A DNA stretch of 64,000 nt from Octopus vulgaris (lineage: Eukaryota): positions 24,056,001-24,120,000 of the forward strand of contig OX597834.1 in assembly GCA_951406725.2 (NCBI GenBank), in the 5' to 3' direction. The notes under the pieces are model-generated. The model had not been told where the DNA came from. It saw only the letters and a list, made by a program, of their open reading frames with translations, and ran no database searches. Positions 40,238 to 52,290 of the stretch are shown here, piece after piece. How positions within the stretch are numbered: the stretch's first letter is position 1; the number at the start of each line of letters is the position of its first letter. The translations under genes and the position numbers were made by a program.

Positions 40238-40653
40238 CTCTTACTCTCTTTTACTCTTTTACTTGTTTTAGTCATTTGACCGTGGGTATGCTGGAGCACT
40301 GCCTTTAGTTGAGCAAATCGACCTTAGGACTTATACTTTGTAAGCCTAGTAATTATTTTATCAGTCTCTTTTGCTGAACTGCTAAGTTACGGGGACATAA
40401 ACACACCAGCATCGGTTGTCAAGCAATGGTGGGGGGACAAACACAGACACACAAACATGCACACACACACATATATATATGCATATATACAACGGGCTTC
40501 TTTCATTTTCCGTCAACCAAATCCATTCACAAGGCTTTGGTCAGCCCAAGGCTATAGTAGAAGACACTTGCCCAAGGTGCCATGCAGTGGGACTGAACCC
40601 AGAACCATGTGGTTTGTAAGCAAGTTACTTACCATACAGCCACTCCTATGCCT
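40238..40653 (-). mobile_element. SINE family A
   Basis: Diverged full-length match. Confidence 0.8.
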
Positions 40654-41253
40654 ATATATATATATATATATGTCTGTATGAGTTAGAGGTTAAACAACCA
40701 TCTAAGGGATAATAAATATCCAATATACTACTAAATGTATACCTATGTATTTATATCCAAATGCTTATGGTTGTAGGGCAGTAGCACAATTGAATAATAG
40801 GAATGAGTGGGAGTAAAACAGAGTTTTTTCGTAAACTCTCCTTATATATATATATATGCGTGTAAATATATACACACATACACGCACACACATAATTCCA
40901 TTATTTCTTAATTATTCTTGCACATAAGAATATACATGCATGTGTATATAAATGTATTTATGAATGTATAGGATGTGTATGTCTATGTGTGCATGTATCA
41001 GTGTACATGAGTTTGTGTTTGTGTGTGCGTGTGTTTGTGTGTGTGCATGTGCAATGAGGTATGTATTACATCAAATTCATGGAGACTAGTAAATTCAATT
41101 ATTCTATTTTGAAAGATCAAAGGAATAAATCCAATGCTGTCCTGTATCTGCCCAGTGAATTCCTGCTTTCTCACTACAGCTGCATATAACAGACAAACAC
41201 AGAGACGGACTCATATTCATAAGCATATATGAGCAAACACGAACACATGTATA

Positions 41254-41304
<51 letters not shown>

Positions 41305-41306
<2 letters not shown>

Positions 41307-41699
41307 TCTTTTACTTGTTTCAGTCATTTGACTGTGGCCATGCTGGAGCACCACCTTTTTTTTAGTTGAGCAAATCGACCCCGGGACTTATTCTTTATAA
41401 GCCTAGTACTTATTCTATCTGTCTCCTTTGCCGAACTGCTAAGTTACGGGGACGTAAACACACCAGCATCAATTGTCAAGCGATGTTGGGGGGACAAACA
41501 CAGACACATAAACATACACACACACATGCATATATGCGACGGGCTTCGTTCAGTTTCCATCTACCAAATCCACTCACAAGGCTTTGGTCGGCCCGAGGCT
41601 ATAGTAGAAGACACTTGCCCAAGGTGCCACGCAGTGGGACTGAACCCGGAACCACGTGGTTTGTAAGTAAGCTACTTACCACACAGCCATTCCTACGCC
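41305..41699 (-). mobile_element. SINE family A
   Basis: Full-length match. Confidence 0.8.
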
Positions 41700-42009
41700 T
41701 ATAACTGATATATATATATATAAACATATATACATACACATATTAGTATATATGTATATGTGCATGAGCATGTACATACTTACATCATACATGCATATAT
41801 AATGATGCTGGATATTTTCACTTACAGTTACTCTAAGTTTCATGTTTCCAATGTGTGGATTAACCAAACTTTATTAATAAAAATTTATATACAAAAAAAC
41901 CCCCCAAAGAAACAGAAAAAGAAAGAAAATGGAAAAAAAAAGGGAGATTTAGCAGCAGAAGATGGAGAGGAGGGAGTAATGGGCTATGCACCCCTGAGAC
42001 ATGCCCTGT

Positions 42010-42237
42010 GGTCATGACTGCAATGATATTGTCACAGAGAATGGCTTACAACACTTGCTGCAGTAGCCACTCCACCTTGTGAGGCTCGTTTCTCAGACAG
42101 GCTGCTGTTATCCCAATTTCGTGGAGGAAATCAGTAGTATGGGGTCCAAAAATACCTGAGGTTTTGGCATTGATCTCTACAAGCTGATTCTGGCCAGTCA
42201 GGTCCCTGTATTTATTTGCTTTTTTCCTCTTCTGCAT
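42010..42237 (-). pseudogene. CRE-like non-LTR element restriction-like endonuclease C-terminal remnant
   Basis: KKANKYRDL...KTSGIFGPHTTDFLHEIG...EPHKVEWLLQQV fits the REL domain pattern. Confidence 0.55.
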
Positions 42238-42239
42238 TA

Positions 42240-43550
42240 CATTGAATATTTGTATTATTAATTGACACTGGAAAACTCTTTAATGGCTTGTGTGGGCTGG
42301 CAAGGACTACATTGATGAATTTGTTGTGAAAGTAGGAGTCCATCAAGATTCAATCCTTAGGCCTCTCCTATTCATCCTAATCCTCCAAGACATCAACTGA
42401 AGAGTTTAAGACTGGCTGTCCATGGGAACTTTTATATGCTGATGGTCTAAGTCCTGTCCTCATAACTGATCCTATAGGGGAATTGGAGAAAAAATTCTAG
42501 ACGTGAAAGCTAAACTTGGAATTGAGGGGCCTTAAGGTTAACCTGGCAAAGATGAAAATTTTAGTAAGCAGGAAAGATGACAGAATGCTGGTATCTTCAG
42601 GGAAATGGCTTTATTAAGTATGTAGAAAAGGGGTAGGTATAAACTCCATACAGTGTACTTTTGATGCAGGAGAATTACTGGCAGACTATACAAGAATGTA
42701 GGCTTCATACGCAGCAGATGCAATGAAGCAGTACATACAAACACAACTAAAATTGAATCTTTTAAATATCCCAGATTGCTTATTAGAAGAAGTTGGTACT
42801 TTTTGTTACTGAGGAGAAGGGGATGTTTGCTCTGAAAGTATAATTGCTGGAGTAAAAACTGGTTGGAGTAAGTTCAGGGAGCAACGATCACTGCTGACAA
42901 CAAAGAACTTTTTTCTTGAGAGTGGCTGGCAGATTGAATAACGCTTATGTTCGAACTGCAATGCTGCATTATAGTGAGATATGGGCTTTGAATGCAGAGG
43001 ACTTGAGAAGATTGGAAAGAAATGAAGTGAATATGCTCTGCTGAATGTGCAATGTTAGTGTGTGCGTTTCTTTTCCTCCGCTTAGTGATATGCTTAAGTT
43101 CGGCGGGTAATCGCATCCGAGTCGAGGGCAGCGTGGAAAAGTGATCGCTGCAACTGCTGCTGCTAATGCTGCTGGCACTGCTGTCGATCGGCACGAATGC
43201 TCGCACGAACGAGATCCCACAGAGTGAACGCCGAACGCCGAGATGGCGGCAGCAACGGAGAGTTAGTACAGAGCTACTGAATGAAAAGCTGGGTACAAGA
43301 AGATCCAGATATTGTGTTTGAGAAAAAAGACTGCACTGGTATGGACATAGCATGTGCCTGAATGAAGACGGCTGTTTAAAGAAGTGCTGTTTACTTAATG
43401 TGGCCAGAATCTGTGAAAGAGTTTGACCAAGAAAGACAAAGGGGTGAAGTAGTGAAAGCTGACATCAGGACCCTGAGCCTGATGGATTAGATGACAAAGG
43501 ACTGGGATCTCTGGCTATATAAGGTTTTCAAAAGGACTCACTGTCCTCAG
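42240..43550 (+). pseudogene. RTE LINE RT/C-terminal fragment
   Basis: KVGVHQDSILRPLLFILIL, WELLYADG, LKVNLAKMKIL, RLERNE and LHWYGH motifs, with many stops. Confidence 0.8.
43066..43260 (-). rRNA. Dispersed rDNA fragment: ITS2 3' end plus the first ~60 nt of 28S rRNA (pseudogenic)
   Basis: Minus strand reads cctcgactcggatgcgattACCCGCCGAACTTAAGCATATCACTAAGCGGAGGAAAAGAAAC, the universal LSU 5' end. ITS4 primer site at 43074-43093 with 1 mismatch. GC-rich spacer-like sequence lies upstream. Confidence 0.85.
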
Positions 43551-43777
43551 TAAAACTGAGTTCTGAAAGTCCTATACTTTTGATTCTCCATCCATTACAG
43601 TGACACCCCTTCATGCATCCAGCTGTAAAAATCATGCCAAAGCAGTCATTGGCACTCGATGATGTAGTCCTTGGACACATCAGATCCTGTCAAACTTTCC
43701 AATCCATGCCAGCATGGAACATCATCATCATTTGATATCCGTTTTTCATGCTGACATGGGTTTGATATGGATGTTAA

Positions 43778-43893
43778 ATGATGATGATGATGGTGGTGGC
43801 GGCGGCGGTGGCGGTGGTGGTGGTGGTGGTGGTGGTGGTGATGATGGTGGTGGTGGTGGTGGTGGTGGTGATGATGATGATGATGATGATGAT
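43778..43893. repeat. (GAT)n/(GGT)n trinucleotide repeat
   Basis: Directly visible. Confidence 0.9.
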
Positions 43894-44575
43894 GGCTGTG
43901 GGTAGTGTTATAATAATCTTCATCCGCTTACTGAGTATGAAGTTTGAAACAAAAATATTTTATAATGAAGGAAGGAAAAGAAAGAAGAAAAAAATGAAAG
44001 AAAGAAAGAAAGAAGATCGGAAATAAATATTGGAATATGGAAATTATAAAATAATAAAGAATACACACACCTAAAACAACAATAACAACATTCACCTCAT
44101 AATGCATTCGTAACACAGCAGGTGACAAATGCGTGAAAAACTATATCGTAAACTCTGAATCATTCAATAAAAACAAAAACACAAATATGTAAAAAAATAA
44201 ATGCCTAAAATATATAAAACACCACCACTGCACCCCAATCCCCATCCCACCTAACTGTTATGAATTTAGTCTTAGTTGATAGATATTTGTGTATCAGAAT
44301 CAATTCAAATATGGCTTGGTCTTTTGTTAGCAATATTTCCAAATTCTCTCCCGAAATGAAGACACTAGTAGATATGGCATCATGAAATTTGTAATGTTGC
44401 CCAGAAACAGATTTTTGTTGGAGAATTTCCGTTTCCAGTTTTCTCTAGTGCTGCCACGATTTTCAATTTTTTTTTTTCTTTTCTCTTCTTTTTATGATTT
44501 TCACTTTTTTTCTGTTTTCATAAAAAAATCTGTTGTAACTGGAACAACACCACTAGCAATATATGCGTGTGTATT

Positions 44576-44612
<37 letters not shown>

Positions 44613-45081
44613 ATACACATGCACCAACACAAACACATTTACACATCCACACCAATATCTTGCATTTTCTATGGCTTTGTTCCTGTACAGTTTGTTCCTC
44701 TCAATAAAAAGTGCAAACATTGACTTGCTGTATGATAAATACCTCAAAACTGACCACAAACATAAATGTATGTGTGTTCATTACACTTATAGATAGATGT
44801 GTATGCTTGTGTGTATGTATGTATGTGTGTGTGTGTGTGTGTATATTATATGCACTACACTTATACATGTGTGTATTTGTGTGTGTATAGATACTACAGG
44901 ACTGTGTGTTCATTTATACAAAATTGCATTATTCCATTGTTTCTGTGTTTCTATTATGTTCTTTGAAGACTTATATATATATGTGTGTATATTGTATATG
45001 TATAAATATACTGTATATAACCTAGAGTTAACACACTAACTTGAAGATAATGTAATAGCTGTGACATACTATTATATATAT

Positions 45082-45575
45082 TTCCTTCTTGGGACACAAA
45101 ACTCCACTTGTGAAGACCTGTTGAGGCAAGTGGAAATCAGAACCAAAATCGAAGTTGATCAACATCAATGGAAATTGCAGCTGTGATACCAGTGCCGGTG
45201 GCACGTAAGCGAACCATCCGATCGTGGCCGTTGCCAGCGCCACCCCGACTGGCCTCTGTGCCGGTGGCACGTAAAAGGCACCATCCGATCGTGGCCGTTG
45301 CCAGCCTCGCCTGGCCCCCGTGTCAGTGGCACGTAAAAAGCACCATCCGACCGTGGGCGTTTGCCAGCCCCGTCTGGCACCTGTGCCGGTGGCACGTAAA
45401 AAGCACCCACTACACTCATGGAGTGGTTGGCGTTGGGAAGGGCATCCAGCCGTAGAAACATTGCCAGATCAGACTGGGCCTGGTGCAGCCTTCTGGCTTC
45501 CCAGACCCCAGTTGAACCGTCCAACCCATGCTAGCATGGAAAGCGGACGCTAAATGATGATGATGATGATGATGA
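45082..45575 (+). mobile_element. RTE 3' UTR with internal tandem subrepeats and (ATG)n tail
   Basis: Four copies of gtggcacgtaa..acc. Confidence 0.75.
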
Positions 45576-46459
45576 TAAGCAGAATGGATCAACATAAGCA
45601 TAAATGACAAACTGTTCTCACTCCCTTTTCTTTATAATTGTTTGGACATAGCAGAGAATATTATGCTACAAAGATCATGTTTTAACCATTTGCTCTGATT
45701 AGTTAGTTTTTAGGCACAATTTGTCCCGTAAACAATTACGTCAAATTACCTGGTCAACAAGTCAGATGTGCTCAAATGGATCACATGTTCTCTCAGCAGA
45801 AAAACCTTAAACATCTCTGTGGAGCCTAACAATGTAGCTTACTTACCCCACAGCATGAAATTCATCACCACCAATATCACTGCTACAAGCTCTTACTGCA
45901 TCTAATTTTGACAATAGCAACATCATGATTAAATATAACAAAGAATTTGTCTTGCAAACAACTTGCACATGCAAGTGCTACCAGTTAAAAACTCCGTATA
46001 TCGGAAGCTAGCAAGTGTATGGGGTCATCAGGAGAGAATGCACGCCGTTTCAGGGCCTACCTCTCGACGGCATCAATGCGCACCGGCCCCGCTCACTGAT
46101 ATGAGGCCCCGCTTGCTAGATCAGCTGGTTATGAAGAACTCAATATACTTCTAGCCATCGCTCATCGTCTCTTTTTAACCAAATCCAGTGGTTATCATTA
46201 AGCTAGTGTTAGGAACATAAATTGTGACTAAGGTTTGGTGGTATATTTTAATGCAAAACTTATGAAAACAAGACATTTGTACTACAGAGCCAGAGCCAGT
46301 TTTGGCTGGGTTGGTAATGAAAGGGTTAAGCAGGTTATCAAACTATCAACTTGGTCTCCCTGCTAAATATATATGAATAAATAACAAATGAAGGACACCT
46401 GTCAATCCATTACGGCCGTTTCTAATGACTTGTTTAATTGATTAATGACTATGTACTTA

Positions 46460-46748
46460 CTTACTTACATCCATCCATCCATCCGACCACCCATCCATCC
46501 ATAAATCCATACACCCACGCACCCATCCATCCATGATCCATCCATCCATCGATCCATCCATCGGTCCAAACATCCATCCATCCATCCACCCATCTGACCA
46601 TCCATCCATCAATCCGTCCATCAATCCATCCATCTGTCCGACCATCCGTCTATCTGTCCATCCATCCATCCATCCATCCGACCATCCGTCCATCCGACCA
46701 ACCGCCTGTCCATCTGTCCATCCGTCCGTCCATCCGTCCATCCAACCA
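46460..46748. repeat. (TCCA)n degenerate microsatellite
   Basis: Directly visible. Confidence 0.85.
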
Positions 46749-46841
46749 ACATATATATATATATACACATATATAACATATATACATATATAATATACAT
46801 ATATATAATTAATGAATTATCCATTCATCCACCCACCCATA

Positions 46842-48322
46842 CCCTAACCATAACCATAATTTTAACCCTAACCCTAACCCTAACGCTTACCCTAACACTT
46901 AAACCTAACCATAACCCTAAAACTAACCCTAAACCTAAACCTTAAAACTAAACCTAATGCTAACACTTAACCCTAACCTTAACCCTAACCCTAAATCCTA
47001 ACCCAAACCCTTAACCCGAAACCTAACCCTAACACTAATCGTAACCCTAAACCTTACCCAAAAACTAACCCTAACCCTAACTCTAAAACTAATGTTAATC
47101 CTAACCCTAACCCTTAACCCGAAACCTAACCCTAACCCTAAACCCCCTAACATTAACCGTAACCCTAAACCTTACCCTAAACCTGACCCTAACCCTAACT
47201 CTAACACTAATGTTAACCCTAACCCTAACCCGAACCCTAACTCTAACCCTAACCCTAACCCTAACCCTAAACATAACCCTAACCCTAGCGCTAGCCCCAA
47301 CCCTAAACCTAAGCCTAACCCTACCCTAACCCTAACCCTAACAAGAAACCTAACCCTATTCCTAACCCTAACCCTAGCCCTAACCCTAGCCTTAACACTA
47401 GCCCTAACCCTGACCCGAACCCTAACCCTAAACCCTAACCCAAACCCTTAACCCGAAACCTAACCCTAACCCTAACTTTAACACTAATGTTAACCGTAAC
47501 CCTAACCCTAACCCTTAACCCTAACCCTAACCCTAACATTAACCGTAACCCTAAACCTTACCCTAAACTTAACTCTAACTCTAACTCTAACCCTAACCCT
47601 AACCCTAACCCTACCCTAACCCGAACCCTAACCCTAACATTAACCCTAACCCTAGCCCTAAATCTAGCCCTAACCCTAACACTAACCCTACCCTAACCCT
47701 AACCCTACCCTAACCCTAACCCTCACCCTAACCCTAGCCCTAACCCTTACCCTATCCCTAACCCTAACCCGGAGATTGCCGGAAATTACTGGAGATTGCC
47801 GGAAATTGCCGAAGATTAATGGGAATTGCCTGAAAATGACGGAAAATCCCGGAGATTACCGGAAATTACCAGGAATTACTGGAATTTTCTGGAAATTAAC
47901 GGAGATAGCCGGAAATTGCCAGAAATTACCGGAAATTGCAGGAAATCTACGTAACCCTAAACCTAACCCTAACCCTAACCCTAGCCGTAACCCTAGCCCT
48001 AAACCTAACCCTAGCCCTAGCCCTGACCCTATCCCTAACCATAACGCGGAAATTACCGGAGATTGCCGGAAATCCCCGTAACCGTAATCCTAACCCTAGC
48101 CCTTACCCTAGCCCTAACACTAACCCTAACCCTATCCTAACCCTAAACCTAACCCTAGCCCTACCCCTAACCCTACCCGAACCCTAACCCTTACCCTAAC
48201 CCTAAACCTAACCCTAACTGTAACCCTAACCCTAACCCTATCCCTAACCCTAACCCTAACCCTAACCCTAACCCGGAAATTGCCGGAGATTGCCGGAAAT
48301 CTCTGTAACCCTAACCCTAGCC
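46842..48322 (-). repeat. Interstitial telomeric array (TTAGGG)n, degenerate, with embedded 10-bp CCGGAAATTR satellite blocks
   Basis: (CCCTAA)n variants on the plus strand; 10-mer blocks at ~47769-47948, 48047-48075 and 48273-48300. Confidence 0.9.
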
Positions 48323-48749
48323 TGAACATGTAATTAATTATCTAACCACAGCTCAATATATTCATAAGAACTTTATGAAATACATACAATATGAGTAAAG
48401 ATGTATAAAAGGGAACTACTTATGTAATAGTCTTATATTTAATAAATGTATAATCAGATATTGAGCTATTTAGTATATAAGTAAAGTGTTTTTGAGTTGA
48501 TGTGTGTCGAAAATGTTTTTTATTTTATAGATGTTTATATTATCATAGAAAGGAAATCAAAATTAAAATAAAATATGGTGTGAAATGTTTAGTAATGTAG
48601 GGGAGACAACAATTAATATACCTGGATATTCTCAAATAATAATTATGTTTACAAGGATGTACATAGATTTACATATATGTACGTAAATACACTGATATAG
48701 AAATAGGTACACATATACTTATGTGTATATATATTCATACACCCATCTA

Positions 48750-48950
48750 CTTTATTAAAAAGCAGCATAAATATCACAAAAACTGTTACTCGGAGTTTCA
48801 TGTTCCCATTCATCAGACAGTTTTGTTCGATGAATGGGAACGAGAAACTCTGAGTAACAGTTTTTGTGATATTTATGCTGCTTTTTAATAAAGCATATTA
48901 CTCTGCCTCTGGTATTCTAGTACTATTTTTACCACCTTGTTTTGCATTTA
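48750..48950. mobile_element. Palindromic Penelope-LTR-like element
   Basis: Inverted arms 48750-48893 (ctttattaaaaagcagcataaatatcacaaaaactgttactc / gagtaacagtttttgtgatatttatgctgctttttaataaag) plus a right extension. Confidence 0.7.
48779..48824 (-). ncRNA. Minimal type-I hammerhead ribozyme motif (canonical core)
   Basis: Minus strand: aaaactgt CTGATGA atg ggaa cat GAAA ctccgag TA acagtttt. Stem I 8 bp, stem II 3 bp, stem III actc/gagt, GUA cleavage triplet. Confidence 0.75.
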
Positions 48951-49018
48951 TGTGCAATACACCCATACACATGCATGTACATTCCTATATACACATCCTT
49001 ACATTCATATACATACAC

Positions 49019-49051
<33 letters not shown>

Positions 49052-49102
49052 GATATATGTATTTACACTCATTAAACACTTATACACACCTGCATGTATA
49101 TA

Positions 49103-49445
49103 TCACTTTGATCACTTTGACCGACCAGTCCGTCAGGCGTCCATTTGACACCGCTGGTCACAGCACGCTGTCCACTCCTCTCTGGATTGCACCTTTCTCA
49201 TCCACGTGATCCCAATCGTCCTCCTGAAATAGTAATTCCACCATCGTGGAGGTCTTCCGGGTGGTCTTTTCCGCTCACGCGGGTACCACTCGACAACTGC
49301 GTGCATCCACCAATTATTGGTCAATGCTTGGTATCTCGTTGAGAGAGCACATAAGTAGCAAGATCATCAGAAAGAAGTCTGGCGTGAGAGATGTCAACGC
49401 AGAGTATACACACAGCAAGTATAGATGGGATGGACACGTCGCCTG
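49103..49445 (-). mobile_element. 5'-inverted (twin-primed) RTE LINE 3' end
   Basis: Minus-strand TNNWWMHAVVEWYPRERKRPPGRPP* with a (caaagtgat)2 tail, joined to plus-strand MLGISLREHI..KYRWDGHVA. TSD GCATGTATATA (49092-49102, 49446-49456). Confidence 0.8.
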
Positions 49446-49527
49446 GCATGTATATATATGAATATATATATATTTTTTTAAAAAATTATATGATTTCTAA
49501 CATGCATAACTGGACTTTGAGGTATAC

Positions 49528-49572
<45 letters not shown>

Positions 49573-49818
49573 CATATAGATGGATAGATAGATACATACA
49601 TACATACATGCATACATACATAAACATATATATATATATATACATATAGATGGATAGATAGATACATACATACGTGCATACATACATAGACATATATATA
49701 TATATATATATATATACATTTACAAATACATACTTACATATACACACATATTTGCATATATGCCCACACATACATACTCATATATATATATACACACACA
49801 CACATTTACATATACATC

Positions 49819-49866
<48 letters not shown>

Positions 49867-49926
49867 AAATTAAAAAGTCAATAAAATGGAGAAAAACATT
49901 CCTGGTTTGTTATATTTGTATATATA

Positions 49927-50215
49927 GGCGCAGGAGTGGCTGTGTGGTAAGTAGCTTACCTACCAACTACATTGTTTCAGGTTCCACTGTCTGATGGTAA
50001 GTGTCTTCTACTATATTCTCAGGCCAACCAAAGTCTTGTGAGTGGATTTGGTGGACTAAAACTGAAAGAAGCCCTTCATTTATATATATGTGTGTGTGTG
50101 TATGTGTTTGTGTGTCTGTGTTTGTTCCCCATCACCATTGCTTAAAGACCGATGCTGGTGTGTTTACATCTCCGTAACTTAGCGGTTCAACCAAAGAAAC
50201 CAACAGAATAAGTAC
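49927..50215 (+). mobile_element. SINE family A (diverged, 3'-truncated)
   Basis: Head ggcgcaggagtggctgtgtggtaag. Confidence 0.8.
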
Positions 50216-50329
50216 CTATACACATACATATATAGGTATTCATATACATTCATGTAAGTAGGCATACTTACACGTATGCATAGATATCCCCACACATATA
50301 TCTATACATTTATATACATACCCATGCAT

Positions 50330-50380
<51 letters not shown>

Positions 50381-50435
50381 CACATATATATACATATATA
50401 TGCATATATATAGATATATACACATAAATACACAC

Positions 50436-50466
<31 letters not shown>

Positions 50467-50764
50467 AATACACACACACCCATATGTACACAAACGTACA
50501 TACATACATACATACCAATACATGCATACATACATACATACATACATAGACATACACATATATATATACACACACATAACCATACAGACCTTTATACATA
50601 TACACTTTCAGATAGGCCATAGATTTACAAAAATATATACTGTATTACATTTGGGCATACACACATGTACTTACCAAGATATATTCTTCAATTTTATCTG
50701 CATCATGTCTAAAATTTATAATCCTTTGGCATTTTTCTACTATTGCCTGTAGAGTTAATTTTTG

Positions 50765-51840
50765 GTCCTATTCTAATTTTGTTAATATCTGAGAACATAT
50801 ATCTGTATTTTTGCTTGCAGTTAGCCCTTGAACAAAAATTAGATATCTGAATATGTCCAGGATTAATTCATTTAATTTGAATTTTTCAAACTCTCTGTTA
50901 ACAACCACAGCATAGGTGATGAAATCTTCATCTTTTTTAACCAAATTTAAACACTGCCAATGAGTGGAACAAGGAACTTCCTTCACTGAAAATTTTCAAT
51001 GAAAAGGTAATTGTTTCATCAAAACAAATCTCACCTGCATTCAATGTGTCCCAACTCCAAAGATTTGGCTGCTATTTCTAGCATGCCCTGCTACCAGGTA
51101 ACAGCTATTTGTGATAAAGGACTCGAAATAGCTGTTATGTGGTAGCAAGGCGTGCAAGAAATAGCAGCCAAATCTTTCCTTTTCCTGGGAAAGGAGCCGT
51201 TTACACATGATTTTGATGTCATATTAGTTGAAAGTATGCAAAAAAAAAGTTTCTTCTGTGGAATATAATTATAATATTTTTTGTATTTGACTGGGGATAA
51301 CTTACTTAAAAGTAGTTGCACTCTCTTCTTGGCCCAATTTCTACATTCTTCTTTGAAAATTTCTCCATATCTTCGAAAATATGCAGAGAAAATAATACCT
51401 TCTTCTGGGTTATAAATGAACTCTCCAATTGAGTTTGCTACACCGTCTGCCATGACTGACCCTGAAATACTTTCAGACTTCTTCAACATTAATTACAGCA
51501 ACCATTGTTGTTGCAGTTGCAATTGCAGCTGCTGTTGCAACTGTACCACGCAGGCCAATAAATCCTCCATGTTAACGATTTTTTTCTTTGGTTTCGTACC
51601 AAAAAATTTTAACATCTGATGCAAGCTTCAAATAACTTATTGCCACTTTTATATCCTTGTGTTTGGATATATGATTTAATGAAGTGGAGGTAAAGCAATG
51701 TATTCACACGATGTACTTTGACTACTGCTACATGCGACTCCAAATGCCCTCTGTCATTTCATCGATAACGTTACTCTAATAAGAGTTCAACAAAGCCATC
51801 TTTTAATTCCACATGAGTGTAAATGTCTATCAGCACAACA
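50765..51840 (-). mobile_element. Ty3/Gypsy (K02A2.6-like) gag remnant with a probable 5' LTR and PBS
   Basis: VANSIGEFIYNPEEGIIFSAYFRRY..LLLSKL..WQCLNLVKKDEDFITYAVVVNREFEKFKL..IFVQGL. Minus-strand TGTTG at 51840 and TGG PBS-like agtggcaa at ~51640-51647. Confidence 0.7.
51036..51244. repeat. ~205 bp hairpin-containing segment, near-identical to 53274-53480, inserted in gag
   Basis: Direct repeat with about 5 substitutions; internal inverted repeat agatttggctgctatttct...agaaatagcagccaaatct. Confidence 0.85.
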
Positions 51841-51872
51841 TATACATATATATGTGTGTATATATATGTATA

Positions 51873-51920
<48 letters not shown>

Positions 51921-51924
<4 letters not shown>

Positions 51925-52207
51925 ATGATCACGTGACTGACCAGTCCATCAGATGTAGTTGCACATCGCTGGTCACAATGCGTTCGCATTGTTTTAGCCT
52001 TTGGATGATGCTGGCTAAGCGAGCAGACCAACAGAAGAAAGAGTGGGAGAAAGAGTGGTGAAAGAGTACAGCAGGGATCACCACCTCCTGCCGGAGCCTC
52101 GTGGAGCTTTTAGGTGTTTTCGCTCAATAAACACTCACAACGCCCGGTCTGGGAATCGAAACTGCGATCCTACGACACCGTGTCCGCTGCCCTAACCACT
52201 GGGCCAT
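51921..52207 (-). mobile_element. SINE family C (tail type 3, RTE-like 3' end)
   Basis: Minus-strand head tggcccagtggttagggcagcggac; the tail resembles the 3' end of the RTE at 49103-49160. Confidence 0.8.
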
Positions 52208-52217
52208 ATACATATAC

Positions 52218-52290
52218 GGGGTGTTTTGGCTAAATTTGACAGTTTGCATAAAAGGAAAAGAAAACAATGTTCCTTCCAAAAATAAAGTAT
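52218..52290 (+). mobile_element. Solo Tc1/mariner terminus related to the 1202 element
   Basis: TA-cggggtgttttggctaaatttgacagtttgcataaaaggaaaagaaaac matches 1202-1250. Confidence 0.65.

Noticed and set aside
46022-46058. Minus-strand GAAAC...CTGATGA
   Set aside because: Only 16 nt lie between the motifs, too short for stems III and I, and stem II does not pair.
47092-48329. NP-repeat ORFs resembling circumsporozoite-like proteins
   Set aside because: Translations of telomeric repeats.
51100-51140. gtgataaa..ctcgaaa in the hairpin loop as a variant hammerhead
   Set aside because: No 3:8 pair and no stem III/UH; it is simply the loop of a long inverted repeat.
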